From assembly GCA_963785895.1 (NCBI GenBank), contig CAWAXB010000006.1, positions 24,062 through 88,061 on the forward strand: 64,000 nucleotides of DNA, written 5' to 3'. Source of the DNA: an uncultured Actinomycetes bacterium (GTDB taxonomy: Bacteria; Actinomycetota; Thermoleophilia; Gaiellales; Gaiellaceae). The stretch's first letter is position 1, and every line of letters begins with the position of its first letter. Shown one piece after another: positions 17,266-27,642 of this stretch. The notes below the pieces were generated by a model. That model worked only from the letters and a program-made list of their open reading frames with translations. It was not told the origin of the DNA and did not search any database. The position numbers were made by a program, and so were the translations under genes.

Positions 17266-17526
17266 GTGAAGCGCCTGCTGGCGCTGCTTGCGGGCGCTTT
17301 CGGCCTCCGGGCCGGCATCAGGATCCTGCGCCGGCGCGGCCGGGGCGACGTCTCGCTCGCGAGCGATCTGCGGGCGCGCCTCGACGAAGCACGCGGGCGC
17401 GAGGCCGAACCGGTTCCGGCCGAGCCGGCTTCCGATCCGCCTCCCGTGGACGTCGCGGACGTGGATGCCCGCCGGGCCGACGTGCACGAGCGCGCTCGCC
17501 GCGCGATCGACGACCTGAACAGCTGA
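17266..17526 (+). CDS. hypothetical small protein (N-terminal hydrophobic segment)
   Basis: GTG start, MKRLLALLAGAFGLRAGIRILRRRGRGD..., high GC3. Divergent from rpsF. Confidence 0.35.
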   Translation: MKRLLALLAGAFGLRAGIRILRRRGRGDVSLASDLRARLDEARGREAEPVPAEPASDPPPVDVADVDARRADVHERARRAIDDLNS

Positions 17527-17533
17527 GCTTTCT

Positions 17534-18358
17534 CTACAGGACGGTCGCGAGCAGCTCACCGTGCTCCGCCGGCGTCAGCCCCCGCAGCGGTGACCGGACG
17601 TCGGGTTGCATCGGGACACCCTTCGCGGCGACGACCGCCTTGAACGCCGCGAGGCGTGGGAAGCGCTCGACGCGCGTCCGGAGCACGCCGGCCGCCTGGG
17701 AGTCAGCGCTCCGAACCGCCTCGACGACTACGTCGGGGAACGCGGAGGCCAACCCGGAGACGGCACCGGCGGCGCCCGCCGCCAGGCCGGGGCCGATCAG
17801 CGCCTCGGCGCCGATGTACACGTCGAGCCCCTCGAGCAGGTAGGGCCGCACCTTCTCGAACGGCGAATCGCTGACCTTCATCCCGGCGACGTTGTCGACC
17901 GTCTCGCGCAGGCGTTCGACGACCGGTACCGGAATCGCATAGCCCGACGCCCGTTCGAGCTCGTAGACGTAGAACGGCAGCGGGGCGCAGGCACGGGCGG
18001 CCGCAGTGAAGTGGGCCAGCAGCTCGTCGTCGTCGAACGGGAAGTACGGGGGCGCGATCACGGCCACCGCCTCGACGCCCGTCTCGGCGGCGTGGATCGT
18101 GAGCTCGACCGTGTCGGCCGTGGTCTGTGCCCCGCAGTGCGCGAGCACCGGCAGGGGGCCTTCCGCGAAGAGCTCCAGCGCCCGCTTGCGCTCGGACACG
18201 GAGAGCAAGATCCCCTCGCCCGTCGAGCCCAGCGCCAGGATGCCGTCGATCCCCGCCCCGGCCAGGAACGCGAGGTACGGCGCGAACGCGTGCTCGTCGA
18301 GCGACGCTCCACCGTCGCGGAGCGGGGTCAATGCTGCTGCGATCGCCCGGGCGCTCAC
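17534..18358 (-). CDS. dihydrodipicolinate synthase (DapA/NAL) family protein
   Basis: GILALGSTGEGILLS, FYVYE, and VAGMKVSD (Schiff-base Lys context). GTG start at 18358. Confidence 0.8.
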   Translation of the reverse strand: MSARAIAAALTPLRDGGASLDEHAFAPYLAFLAGAGIDGILALGSTGEGILLSVSERKRALELFAEGPLPVLAHCGAQTTADTVELTIHAAETGVEAVAVIAPPYFPFDDDELLAHFTAAARACAPLPFYVYELERASGYAIPVPVVERLRETVDNVAGMKVSDSPFEKVRPYLLEGLDVYIGAEALIGPGLAAGAAGAVSGLASAFPDVVVEAVRSADSQAAGVLRTRVERFPRLAAFKAVVAAKGVPMQPDVRSPLRGLTPAEHGELLATVL

Positions 18359-18403
18359 CGGCACGATCGTAGAGATTCGCGACACCTCGTATGACGAGGT
18401 ATA

Positions 18404-18730
18404 GTGACGCAAGGTATGCAAACGGAGACGCTCAGGGGGCACCTCGACGCACTCGTTCTCGCGACGCTGCAGGCCGGCCCGCTGCACGGCTACGCCGTCA
18501 TCAACGAGCTGAAACAGCGCAGCGAGGGCGCATTCGATCTCGCGGAGGGGACGATCTACCCCGTGCTCCACCGCCTGGAGGCCGAAGGGCTGCTCTCAAG
18601 CGCCTGGTCGACGGCGGCGGGGCGCAAGCGCCGTGTTTACCGCCTGACGCGGCGCGGCCGGTCGTCGCTCGCGCAGCGGCGCACCGACTGGCAGGGCTTC
18701 GTCCGCGCGGTCGAGGCGGTGCTCGCATGA
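18404..18730 (+). CDS. PadR-family transcriptional regulator
   Basis: LRGHLDALVLATLQAGPLHGYAVINELKQRSEGAFDLAEGTIYPVLHRLEAEGLLSS. Confidence 0.88.
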   Translation: MTQGMQTETLRGHLDALVLATLQAGPLHGYAVINELKQRSEGAFDLAEGTIYPVLHRLEAEGLLSSAWSTAAGRKRRVYRLTRRGRSSLAQRRTDWQGFVRAVEAVLA

Positions 18731-19548
18731 CCTACCTCGACGAGTTGAGACGTGAGCTGCTCGATGCAGGGATCAAGGGCGCGCCTGCACGGCGCATCGT
18801 GGCGGAGATCGACGACCATCTTCAGTGCAATCCCGCCGCCAAGCTCGGCGACCCGAAGCTCGTTGCCGGACGGTTCGCCGACGAGCTGCGGATTGTCCGC
18901 ACGCGCCGCTCGTCGACCATCAGCTTTGGCGCGCTGGCGGTTGGCGGCGTGCTGTTCGTCGCGTCGGCGGCGGGGCGTGGCAGCGTCGGCTATCCCAGCC
19001 TGAGCGGGGGGCGCGCGACGGCGGTGGCGCTTTCGGCTCTTGCGATGGTCGCGTTCGCTCAGGTCGCGTTCGTCGCCGGTGCGCTGGCGCTCGCGCGCGG
19101 CCTGCGCGCCGCCGAGCCCGCCGACCTGCGGTTGGCGCAGCAGCGGAGCTTCGTCGCCCTGCTCGCGGGCGCTGGCGTGTGTGCCTCCCTCGCCGTGCAC
19201 GCGGCGCTGCTGCCGTCGCCGACCTGGTGGCTGGTCTTGGCGTTCGCGACGGCTGCGGTGCCCGTCCCAATGCTGGGCGTGGCGCTCCGATCGGTCGGTG
19301 CTGCACGTTCGATCACACCTGCGGCGACGGGTGCGGCCGGGCTGTCGGGCGACCTGCCGGCCGGGCTGGCCAGGCACTCCGGTGCGCTGCTCGCGTTGCT
19401 GGGTGTTGCCGCGATCGTGTTCGTCGCGGCCGGAAGCGCATTCGCCGAACGCTCGGCGTCCGAGGGCATTGCCCGCGGGGTGATCGAGGGCGCTGGTCTA
19501 CTAACCGGTGTCGCTGCACTCGGGCGAGTGCTGGGCCTGCGCCGGTAA
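18727..19548 (+). CDS. polytopic membrane protein partnered with PadR (DUF1700-like N-terminus)
   Basis: The ATG overlaps the PadR stop (ATGA). MTYLDELRRELLDAGIKGAPARRIVAEIDDHL is followed by about 6 hydrophobic segments. Confidence 0.6.
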   Translation: MTYLDELRRELLDAGIKGAPARRIVAEIDDHLQCNPAAKLGDPKLVAGRFADELRIVRTRRSSTISFGALAVGGVLFVASAAGRGSVGYPSLSGGRATAVALSALAMVAFAQVAFVAGALALARGLRAAEPADLRLAQQRSFVALLAGAGVCASLAVHAALLPSPTWWLVLAFATAAVPVPMLGVALRSVGAARSITPAATGAAGLSGDLPAGLARHSGALLALLGVAAIVFVAAGSAFAERSASEGIARGVIEGAGLLTGVAALGRVLGLRR

Positions 19549-19608
19549 GAGGCTCCCACCTGGGAGCCTCTGTGGGCGCAAGCCCAGGGTTCAGCGTGAG
19601 CTGAGTGC

Positions 19609-20784
19609 TTAGCGCCGGCGGCGGCGCTGGCGGCGAGCCGCCGGGCGGGCTGAGGTGCTCGCCGTCTGCGTGCGCATGCCCGAGGCGGCGAAGTCGTCGC
19701 CGTGGCCGAGGCGGTTCGCGAGCTTGCCGACGTCGGTCTGCTGCTCGGGCAGGACGAACGTGACGCCGGTGCCGCTGCGGCCTGCGCGGCCGGTGCGGCC
19801 GACCCGGTGGACGTAGTCCTCGTCACCGTGCGGCGGATCGAAGTTGATCACGTGCGTGATGTCGTCGATGTCGAGGCCGCGGGCGGCCACGTCGGTGGCG
19901 ACGAGGGTCGAGACCTTGCCCGACTCGAAGCGTGAGAGCGACCGCTCCCGCTGGTTCTGCGACATGTTCCCGTGCATCGCAGTTGCGGCAACGTCGTGGC
20001 GCGAGAGCTTCTTGACGAGCTTGTCGGCGCCGTGCTTCGTGCGAACGAAGACGAGCGTCAGCCCGCGCTCGCCGCGCAGATGCTCGACGAGACGGTCGAG
20101 CTTGTCATCATTCGTGACGGCGACGAACTGATGCTCGATCTCGCCGCCGCTGCGCTCGCTCGGAAGCTCGGCGTGGAAGCGCGACGGGTTGTCGGTGTAG
20201 CGCTGCGCCAGCGCGTCGACCGGCCCTTCGAGCGTTGCCGAGAAGAGCATCGTCTGCCGGTTGCCCGGGACGTGCGAGAGGATGCGGTCGACCTGCGGCT
20301 GAAAACCCATGTCGAGCATCCGGTCGGCCTCGTCGAGCACGAGGACGCGGACGCCCTCGAGCGAGACCATCCGGCGCTCGAGCAGGTCGTTGAGCCTGCC
20401 GGGCGTTGCGATCAGGATGTGGGCCGAGCGGGCGGCCTTCGCCTGCTGGCCGACGGACGTGCCGCCGTAGACCGCGGTGATGCGCAGGCCCTTGGCCGCA
20501 GCGAGCGGCTTCAGGTCGGCTGCGACCTGTGTTGCAAGCTCGCGTGTCGGGACGAGCACCAGCGCGCCCGGCTGCTTGCCACCCGCGGCGGTGCGCTCGA
20601 CGAGCGGCAGGCCGAACGCGAGGGTCTTGCCCGATCCGGTCGGCGACTGGGCGAGGATGTCCAGGCCTGCGAGCGCGTCCGGAAGGGCGAGCTCCTGAAC
20701 GGCGAAGGGACTGTGGATGTTGCGCTGCGCGAGTACGCGCACGAGAGGTTCGCTGACGCCGAGCGCCGTGAACGATTGAGACAT
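19609..20784 (-). CDS. DEAD-box ATP-dependent RNA helicase
   Basis: Q-motif FAVQELALP, AQSPTGSGKTLAF, VLDEADRMLDMGF, SAT, HRVGRTGRAG, and an Arg-rich tail. ATG at 20784. Confidence 0.9.
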   Translation of the reverse strand: MSQSFTALGVSEPLVRVLAQRNIHSPFAVQELALPDALAGLDILAQSPTGSGKTLAFGLPLVERTAAGGKQPGALVLVPTRELATQVAADLKPLAAAKGLRITAVYGGTSVGQQAKAARSAHILIATPGRLNDLLERRMVSLEGVRVLVLDEADRMLDMGFQPQVDRILSHVPGNRQTMLFSATLEGPVDALAQRYTDNPSRFHAELPSERSGGEIEHQFVAVTNDDKLDRLVEHLRGERGLTLVFVRTKHGADKLVKKLSRHDVAATAMHGNMSQNQRERSLSRFESGKVSTLVATDVAARGLDIDDITHVINFDPPHGDEDYVHRVGRTGRAGRSGTGVTFVLPEQQTDVGKLANRLGHGDDFAASGMRTQTASTSARPAARRQRRRRR

Positions 20785-20927
20785 GTGTTGTTCGACTCCT
20801 TGTTGTGAAGCTGGGTTCGAGATGCACCTACTCGAACACCGTGTAAGGAGGAACGAGAAGCTAGATCTCACGGAGGCCAGAATCGGCTCCGTCAGGTCAC
20901 GGTAGCACGGAGACCGCGCTGAGCAGG

Positions 20928-21194
20928 CTATTTGTGGAGAGGCGCGACGCGCACGGTGCCGTCACGGGCCACGACGAGCCGGCTGGGCAGCTCCTCGTCG
21001 TGGAGGAATGGCATCAGTGCCTCGCGTGCGTAGCCGTTCGACGCCACCGCTGACGGGGCGGTGAACTCGACGATCGAGCGCGCCTTGCGCTCACCGCGTG
21101 AGAGCTTCAGGAGGTACGACGCGTCGCACTTCGACTTCGGCGTCGGCTCGATCGCCCTCGTCTCGTCGACATTCCACTTTTCGACGGCGATCAT
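20928..21194 (-). CDS. hypothetical protein
   Basis: 88-aa ORF in a locally lower-GC stretch. No recognisable motif. Confidence 0.35.
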   Translation of the reverse strand: MIAVEKWNVDETRAIEPTPKSKCDASYLLKLSRGERKARSIVEFTAPSAVASNGYAREALMPFLHDEELPSRLVVARDGTVRVAPLHK

Positions 21195-21230
21195 CTGTCT
21201 ATTGTAGTCATTCTCGGCTAGAAGTCGGGC

Positions 21231-21887
21231 GTGTTTTTACCGCCTCAGCGGCTTCTTTCTGGCGGCGAGCTGCGTGCACGGGGCCGACGGAGCGGTCCCG
21301 CCGTCATCTGTGTCAACGGCGGTCAGAGGGCCGAGGTTGAAGGCACCTGGAGCGCCTCGCTCGAATGGCTCGTGGGCCGCCTCGCGCCTCGTTTTCCCGG
21401 TCTCTGCTTCGCCGAGCTCCGCTACCGGGTCAAGTCGTGGACTCGACTCGATTCGTGCGTCGAGGACGCCCGCGAGGCGATCCGGGCGGTCGCCGCCCCG
21501 CGGACGCTGCTGGTCGGCTTCTCGATGGGCGGCGCCGTCGCGGCGGTGTGCGCCGACGAGCCCTCGGTGGAGGTGGTCGTCGGGCTCGCTCCGTGGCTGC
21601 CCGAGCAGGTGCCGCTCGCCGCGCTTCGCGGGCGGCGGCTCGTGGTCGTGCACGGATCGCTCGACCGGGCGCTTCCGGGTATCCCGGGAGTCAGCGCCGA
21701 GAGCTCCCGTCGAGGCTTCGCGCGGGCCCAGGCGCTCGGCGCCGAGGGCGAGCACACGGTCGTCACAGGCGCGGTGCACGGGTTGGCGCTGCGTGCCCCG
21801 TGGGGCCGGCCTGTCCCGCTGCCCGGCGCATACAGGCTGGCCGGGTTGATCGAAGCGGAGGTCGCGCGTTTTCGCGGCGACGGGTGA
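21231..21887 (+). CDS. alpha/beta hydrolase
   Basis: Nucleophile elbow GFSMGG and a late VVHGSLD...H pattern. Confidence 0.7.
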   Translation: MFLPPQRLLSGGELRARGRRSGPAVICVNGGQRAEVEGTWSASLEWLVGRLAPRFPGLCFAELRYRVKSWTRLDSCVEDAREAIRAVAAPRTLLVGFSMGGAVAAVCADEPSVEVVVGLAPWLPEQVPLAALRGRRLVVVHGSLDRALPGIPGVSAESSRRGFARAQALGAEGEHTVVTGAVHGLALRAPWGRPVPLPGAYRLAGLIEAEVARFRGDG

Positions 21888-21893
21888 TCGCCG

Positions 21894-22115
21894 TCAGTGC
21901 TCGAAGGCGATGCGCCACTCGCTGCGCAGTACGGCGGCGTAGACCTCTCCGTCCGCCGGCTCGCGACCGATCGCATCGCGGATCGCCCGGGCGCGTGCGT
22001 TCCGAGCCGTCTGGCCGGGGCGGCGCTCGACCTCGCCCGCCAGCTCCCACGCGCCGGGAGCGGTCTGGCGCAAGACGACGTAGCTCGGCTTGCCCGGCTG
22101 CTTGACGTCCGGCAT
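21894..22115 (-). CDS. hypothetical small protein
   Basis: 73-aa ORF: MPDVKQPGKPSYVVLRQTAPGAWELAGEVERRPGQTARNARARAIRDAIG... Confidence 0.4.
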   Translation of the reverse strand: MPDVKQPGKPSYVVLRQTAPGAWELAGEVERRPGQTARNARARAIRDAIGREPADGEVYAAVLRSEWRIAFEH

Positions 22116-22144
22116 CGGCTCAGCGGTCGAGAGGCGGTTCGCGG

Positions 22145-22369
22145 CTACTCGGTGGTTGCCGGCTCCCCGTCGCCCTCTGCCGAAAGCTCGGTCTCAGGCT
22201 CTTCGACGAGACCCGCCGCAGCCGCCTGCTTCTTGTACTCCTTCTTCTCGAGCTTGCGTGCACGCTTCTCGCGGACGGCCTGCTCGCGCGCCATCTTCGC
22301 CATCGTGGTCTGTCTCTTCGAACTCGAAGCCATCCAACCACGCCCTTTCGTCGGGTTTGCGTTGGTCAC
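22145..22369 (-). CDS. hypothetical highly charged small protein
   Basis: MASSSKRQTTMAKMAREQAVREKRARKLEKKEYKKQAAAAGLVEEPETELSAEGDGE. The start is possibly at 22333. Confidence 0.4.
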   Translation of the reverse strand: MTNANPTKGRGWMASSSKRQTTMAKMAREQAVREKRARKLEKKEYKKQAAAAGLVEEPETELSAEGDGEPATTE

Positions 22370-22399
22370 ACGGTACCCCCGAACGCGGCCCTTGCCGCG

Positions 22400-23701
22400 T
22401 CAACCGCTCACGCGGCCTCCGTCGATCTCCCACAGGACGTGTGCGTAGGCGTGGGCGCGCGCCTCGTGGGTCGCCACGAGGCAGCTCGTCCCGCGCTCCG
22501 TCGCGGCCAGGAGCAGCGACCACACGCGGTCGCGGAAGACAGGATCCTGGTGGGATGTCGGCTCGTCGACGAGCACGACCTGCGGATCCAGGACGAGGGC
22601 TCGCGCCAGGGATGCCCGTTGCTGCTGCCCCACGGAGGTCTCGTGCGGATACCGGTCGGCGAGCTCGGCGAGGCCGAGCTCGCCAAGCAGGTGTGCGATG
22701 TGGGGCCGCCGTTCCTCGAGGCGGGCGGCCAGCCGCGCCGGCAGCTCGATGTTCTCGCGCACGCTCAGCTCCGGAACGAGCGCGGGCCGCTGCGGCACGT
22801 ATGCCAGCTCGCTCCAGGAGCGTTGCGGCGATGGCGCGATCGACCCCGTGTCCGGCGTTTCCCAGCCGCCGAGCAGCATCAGCAGCGTCGATTTCCCCGA
22901 GCCCGATCTGCCGACGAGCACCGCCAGTTCCGCCGCGTGCAGGTCGAGCGACACGTCGCGTAGCGCAGCGATCCCCCCGTACGACTTCGTCACCCCGCGC
23001 ACCGCGACCGCGACGTCGGCCCGCGCGCGCCCGCGCGCGACCGGTTCGGCAGGGACGGTCTCGGCCGCATTCCGGCCGCGGTCGAGCCGCACGACGTGGT
23101 GGGCGATCTCGAGCACGTCCTCGTCGTGGGTCGCGATCACGAACGTGGTTCCGCCGGTGGCCGACGTGTGGATCGCCTCGAGGAGCGCTCCGGCCGAGGC
23201 GCGGTCGAGCTCGGCGGTCGGCTCGTCGGCCAGGACGATCGGCACGCGTCGTGTGAGCGCCAGCGCGAACGCCGCGCGGGCGAGCTCGCCACCGGAGAGC
23301 TGTGACGGCCGGTCGTGCAGCTTGTGAGCGATCCCGAACGTCTCGAAGATCGCGATGTCCGCGTTCCGGCCTGCGTGCTCGAAGATGGTCAGGTGCGGAA
23401 CGAAGTTGTCGGCCGCGCGCTGCGCGACATAGCCGACGCTGTCGCGGCGGTATGCGCGCAGCGACCGTGTGTCCAGCCCGCCGAGGTCGCGGCCGTGCAC
23501 GATCGCCCGGCCGGACGTGGGTGTGTCGAGCGCAGCAAGCAGGCGCAGGAGCGTCGACTTGCCGCTGCCCGAGACGCCGACGAGTGCGCTCACCTGCCCC
23601 TGCGGGAACTCGGCGTCCACCTCGTGCAGCGCCTCGACCGTCCCTGCCGGAGTGACGTACGCCTTCGTGATCCGGTCGGCGATTGCGAATTGGTCAGGCA
23701 A
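22400..23701 (-). CDS. ABC transporter ATP-binding protein with two fused ATPase domains
   Basis: Walker A motifs GVSGSGKST and GRSGSGKST, signatures LSGGELAR and VGQQQRASLARA, Walker B LADEPT and LVDEPT. The TTG start overlaps the permease stop. Confidence 0.85.
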   Translation of the reverse strand: MPDQFAIADRITKAYVTPAGTVEALHEVDAEFPQGQVSALVGVSGSGKSTLLRLLAALDTPTSGRAIVHGRDLGGLDTRSLRAYRRDSVGYVAQRAADNFVPHLTIFEHAGRNADIAIFETFGIAHKLHDRPSQLSGGELARAAFALALTRRVPIVLADEPTAELDRASAGALLEAIHTSATGGTTFVIATHDEDVLEIAHHVVRLDRGRNAAETVPAEPVARGRARADVAVAVRGVTKSYGGIAALRDVSLDLHAAELAVLVGRSGSGKSTLLMLLGGWETPDTGSIAPSPQRSWSELAYVPQRPALVPELSVRENIELPARLAARLEERRPHIAHLLGELGLAELADRYPHETSVGQQQRASLARALVLDPQVVLVDEPTSHQDPVFRDRVWSLLLAATERGTSCLVATHEARAHAYAHVLWEIDGGRVSG

Positions 23702-26381
23702 CGCGCAGCGCCTCCCCAACCTTGCCGCGTGCCGCCACGACAGTCGCGGCGACGCCCGCCAGCGCGGCCACGGCGACGGCGATGAGCACCGCGACGCCGA
23801 GCGGCAGCCACGGGACGTGCAGGACAGCCGGAGGCGGCAGCGCCGGCAGCGGATCCACATGCGGGACGAGCGGCCACGCCGCCACGAGCGCGCCGGCCCC
23901 GCCGGTGATCGTCGAGAAGAGCACGAGGCCGGCCGACTCGAGCGCGAGCGACAGTGCCTGCGCGCGTTCGCCCAACCCCATGCGCCGCAAGAACGCGTTC
24001 GACACGAGCTGGGCGCGCTGGCGCGCTTGCAGGTAGAGGAGCAGTGCGACGAGCGCGAGCAGACCGGCCCCGATCGCAATCGCGCGCATGAACCCGTACG
24101 TGCGCGTCACGTTCGTCACGTCGGGGCTGTCGAGCGTGTGCGCGACGCTCGTCACGTAGTACGGGTCGATCTGCCCACTACGAACGAGCGCCGCGGTCAC
24201 GGCACGGGGCGGACCCTTGGCCCACAGCAAGAAGTACGGCAGCGACTGCTCGGTCGGGATGCCGTGCTCCCGCTTCGCACGCTGGAGCTGTCGCTGCGAG
24301 ACGATCAGGAGCGGCTGGCCGACCGTCATCCCCGGGAAGGCGGCGACCGTCGCGACGACGCGAACCGGGACGCGCCGGCCGGCGAGCCAGATTGCGGCCG
24401 GTGAGCGCGCATCGGAGGTGGCGAGCAGCGGCAGCGGGGTATCCGGCGCGGCCGCCAGCTTCCGGAGCGCCGGCCGCGGGTCGCGACCCCAGTCGCTCCG
24501 CCAGTGGATCACAGCGGCGATCGACGCCGGCTCTCCGGCGAGCAGTTCGGCTGACCGGCCGCCCGCCGAATCGAGGCGCGCCGAGTTGAAGTCTTGCGAG
24601 ACGAGCGCCAGCGGGTACGGGAAGTCCCGAGGCAGCGTTTGTTGCGGGTCGACGATGCTCGAGATGTCACTGCCGTTGGCGACGTAGGCCTTGAGCCCAC
24701 TGTTGACGTCGAGCGACGAGGCGAGTGATTCGGCGTACGCGAACGCGCCGAACGAGACCGCTGCGGTGACGGTGAGGAGGACGAGCAGTCCTCGGGCTGC
24801 CGCAAGCCGCCGCAGCGCGAGGTACGGCGCGTGGTGTGCAGGCGCGCCGGAGCTGCGCAGCAATCGGCGGCCCGCCCGTGTCAGGAGGCCTGTCAGCCCG
24901 GCGCCGGCAAGGAGCGGCAGCACGAAGACGGCGAGGCGCGGGTGCGAACCGGCTCTGCCGTTCGAGACGAGCCCCCCGCCGCGATCGAGCAGGATGAAGA
25001 GTGCACCGGCCGCGGCGAGCGCGAACGCTTCCCATGGCACGCGCACGCGTCGCAGGAAGCGCAGCGACGTCGGGCCGCCGCCGGGGAAGCCCAGAGCGGC
25101 GCCGCTTGCGACGGCCAGGATCCCCGCGGCAGTTGCAATGACCGCCACTACGAGTGCCTGGCGCGTCACGCCGCCGTCGATCGTGCCGTGCGGGGTGAAG
25201 AGCCCGGTGAGGAGGACTGCCGCCCCGTAACCCGCAGCCCCGCCCGCGAGCGCCGGGAGCAACGCCTCGAGCCCCGACCGGGCTGCGAAGACCGTCGCGC
25301 GCTCGCCGCGCACGTGCAGCAGGAGAGCCTCGCCTGCGCGACGGCGCACGCTGAAGACGCCGGCCGAGATCGCCGCCGCCAGCGCGAGCAGCGACCCGAA
25401 CCCTGCGAGCAGGACGAGCGTCGGCGTGAGCGACTCCACACTCTGCTCGGCGAGTGTGAGCGCCGAGCTCAGGGAGCTCGTGCTCCTGCAACGGAACGTC
25501 TGCCCTTGGAACCGCTCGTTGCACCCGAGGCTGCGAGCGAGCGGACTGCGGCCGGCGCTGAGTCGACGCCGCAGTTCCGCGAACTGGGTGTTCAGCGACT
25601 TGGCGCGCGTGAGCGTGATCTCGCCCCGGACGATCGGCAGCTCGTAGATGTTCTGGACGATGTTGCCGCCCTTCGACTGGGCGATCCGGTACAGCTGGGC
25701 TCGGCTCATCAGGACGAACGTCGGCAGGGGCGGCGCGTCGGGGTTCACGGGCCGGATGTCGTGGATGAAGTTCGCCCAGTAGGGATTCTCGAGGTCGGCG
25801 TCGAGCGTGCGGTAGACGGCTGCGATCCGGAACGTGACCGGCTGTGGAGGCGCTTGCGAGCCGGACGCGAACGTGATCAGCGTGAGCTTGTCACCGGGAC
25901 CGAGCCGGGCGGTCTTTGCGACCGACTGTGCGATCCACACGCCGTTCGTGCCACCGCCCGCCACGAGCTTCACGTGCGAGCGCGCGCCGGTGCGCGCCAT
26001 CGGCACCACCTCCAGGCCACGCGGTGCGTACGTCTTCACTGCGCCGTTGCTGACCAGTGCCCGGGGCAGCTCCGTCGTGACGATCGGCGCGCCAACCTGT
26101 GGTAGCGATGCGGCCAGCCGCTCGACAGCGCGGCGGCGAGCAGCGTCGGCCGAGGGGAGGTGGCGGACCGGGGTCGGGTCCGTTCGGATCACGAGCCCGG
26201 CGTCGAGCGGCGTGAGCGCGGCAACCTTGTTCTTCAGCGCCTGGCTCTCGGCGCCGGCCTTCAGGAGCGGGGCGGAGGAGGCGGCGAGCGTCACCAGGAA
26301 CGACGCGCAGACGACCGCGACGAGCGCGCCGGGGTGGCGCGCCAGAACGAACGGCGCCTTTCTCCACAATGCCCCGCGCAC
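23694..26381 (-). CDS. FtsX-like ABC transporter permease (895 aa, two FtsX modules)
   Basis: Intact 895-aa ORF with an N-terminal TM, large extracytoplasmic domains and clusters of TM helices. Confidence 0.8.
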   Translation of the reverse strand: MRGALWRKAPFVLARHPGALVAVVCASFLVTLAASSAPLLKAGAESQALKNKVAALTPLDAGLVIRTDPTPVRHLPSADAARRRAVERLAASLPQVGAPIVTTELPRALVSNGAVKTYAPRGLEVVPMARTGARSHVKLVAGGGTNGVWIAQSVAKTARLGPGDKLTLITFASGSQAPPQPVTFRIAAVYRTLDADLENPYWANFIHDIRPVNPDAPPLPTFVLMSRAQLYRIAQSKGGNIVQNIYELPIVRGEITLTRAKSLNTQFAELRRRLSAGRSPLARSLGCNERFQGQTFRCRSTSSLSSALTLAEQSVESLTPTLVLLAGFGSLLALAAAISAGVFSVRRRAGEALLLHVRGERATVFAARSGLEALLPALAGGAAGYGAAVLLTGLFTPHGTIDGGVTRQALVVAVIATAAGILAVASGAALGFPGGGPTSLRFLRRVRVPWEAFALAAAGALFILLDRGGGLVSNGRAGSHPRLAVFVLPLLAGAGLTGLLTRAGRRLLRSSGAPAHHAPYLALRRLAAARGLLVLLTVTAAVSFGAFAYAESLASSLDVNSGLKAYVANGSDISSIVDPQQTLPRDFPYPLALVSQDFNSARLDSAGGRSAELLAGEPASIAAVIHWRSDWGRDPRPALRKLAAAPDTPLPLLATSDARSPAAIWLAGRRVPVRVVATVAAFPGMTVGQPLLIVSQRQLQRAKREHGIPTEQSLPYFLLWAKGPPRAVTAALVRSGQIDPYYVTSVAHTLDSPDVTNVTRTYGFMRAIAIGAGLLALVALLLYLQARQRAQLVSNAFLRRMGLGERAQALSLALESAGLVLFSTITGGAGALVAAWPLVPHVDPLPALPPPAVLHVPWLPLGVAVLIAVAVAALAGVAATVVAARGKVGEALRVA

Positions 26382-26434
26382 GTGCGGACAGTACCGGCCT
26401 CAAGTCCGGGGCGTCTATTGCCGATTGGCGTTCT

Positions 26435-26617
26435 ATGGATGAACGTGCCGGCTACGAGGCGGCGCCCGAGCGCGGGCGGTTCCTGCGCTGGCTCGACCCG
26501 GGGCCGGAGCCGGCTCCTGCTCCCGGTGCGCCCACCGCCGGCGCGCTCGTGCTCACCGACGCCGCTGCAGCCGCGGTCGACGAACTGCTGCCGCTCCGAA
26601 TCGCCGGTCGCTGGTAG
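26435..26617 (+). CDS. hypothetical small Pro/Ala-rich protein
   Basis: ATG at 26435, 60 aa, no motif. Confidence 0.25.
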   Translation: MDERAGYEAAPERGRFLRWLDPGPEPAPAPGAPTAGALVLTDAAAAAVDELLPLRIAGRW

Positions 26618-26627
26618 CCGGGTACAG

Positions 26628-27522
26628 CTAGAGCTCGCCCGGTTTCTCGCCGCCCGACTGCAGCGCGACCGCGGCGATCACGACGACGCCGCCGGCGAGC
26701 GTTGCGGTGCTCGGCTGTTCTGAGAGGGCGAGCCACACCCAGAGCGGGCCGAGCACGACTTCGAGCAGTGTGATCAGCGCCACCTCTGCGGCTGGGATCA
26801 GCCGCGCCCCGATCGTCAGGAACGCAAGACCCAGCGCCATCTGGCCGGCGCCGAGCGCGAGGATCAGCAGGAGATCCTGGCCGCCGATCGTGGCCGGCGT
26901 GCGCAAACGGCGCCGTGACGAGGAGGACGAGCACTTGCGAGAGGCAGATCGCGGGGCCCATCGAGATGTCGCGGCGGTGCCGGGTGACCACCACGCTGAC
27001 GGCGAAAGCGAGCGTCATCACGACCGAGAGTGCGAGGCCGAGGCCGGGCGAGTTGCCCGGGCCGCCGACCATCAGGCCGACGCCGGCGAGTGCGATCGCC
27101 ATCGCGACCCCCGTGCGCCGCGATACCGATTCGCGGAGCGCCGCCCACGCGATCAGCGCCGCGGCGATCGGCGCGACCGCCTGCATGAAGAGCACATTCG
27201 CGACGGTCGTGTGGTTGAGCGCGACGATGAATGTTCCCGACGCAATTGCGGTGCAGACGGCGACGGCGAGCTCCGCGCGGCCGATCGAGGTGAACGCCTT
27301 GACGACGCGCCCGCGGTTCGTGAGCGCGACGAAGACGAACAGCGCGAGGGCGGCAACGAAAGCGCGGCCCGCGACCTGCGTCGCGGTGTCCACCGACAGC
27401 TCGCGCTGCAGGACGCCGGCACTCGACCACGCGAGCGCCGCGAGCGCAACGTACATCTGCCCGCGACGCCGGACGCTCCGCGCCTCGAGAGTGGCGGTCA
27501 TCGTGGCCATCGCACTAGTCAA
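26628..27522 (-). pseudogene. EamA/DMT-family transporter, one frameshift near 26900 as assembled
   Basis: N-terminal part: YVALAALAWSSAGVLQR...FMQAVAPIAAALIAWAALRE. C-terminal part in ORF 26628-26906: LILALGAGQMALGLAFLTIGARLIPAAEVALITLLEVVLGPLWVWL. Confidence 0.7.
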
Positions 27523-27531
27523 TCAGCAGAA

Positions 27532-27623
27532 CGGAGCGGCCCCAGAGTCGAACTGAGCAAGCGTGGGGTTGCCACGCCGGGTCGGCTTTGAAGGCCGACT
27601 GGGCCACCGGGCCCCGCCGCTCC
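27532..27623 (-). tRNA. selC: tRNA-Sec (anticodon UCA)
   Basis: GGAGCGGC/GCCGCTCC forms an 8-bp acceptor stem. D-arm GGGCC-CGGT-GGCCC. Anticodon arm GTCGGC-CTTCAAA-GCCGAC. Long variable arm GCGTGG-CAAC-CCACGC. T-arm CTCAG-TTCGACT-CTGGG. Discriminator G. No encoded CCA. Confidence 0.9.
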
Positions 27624-27642
27624 CTGCGCCGCCGACTGTACG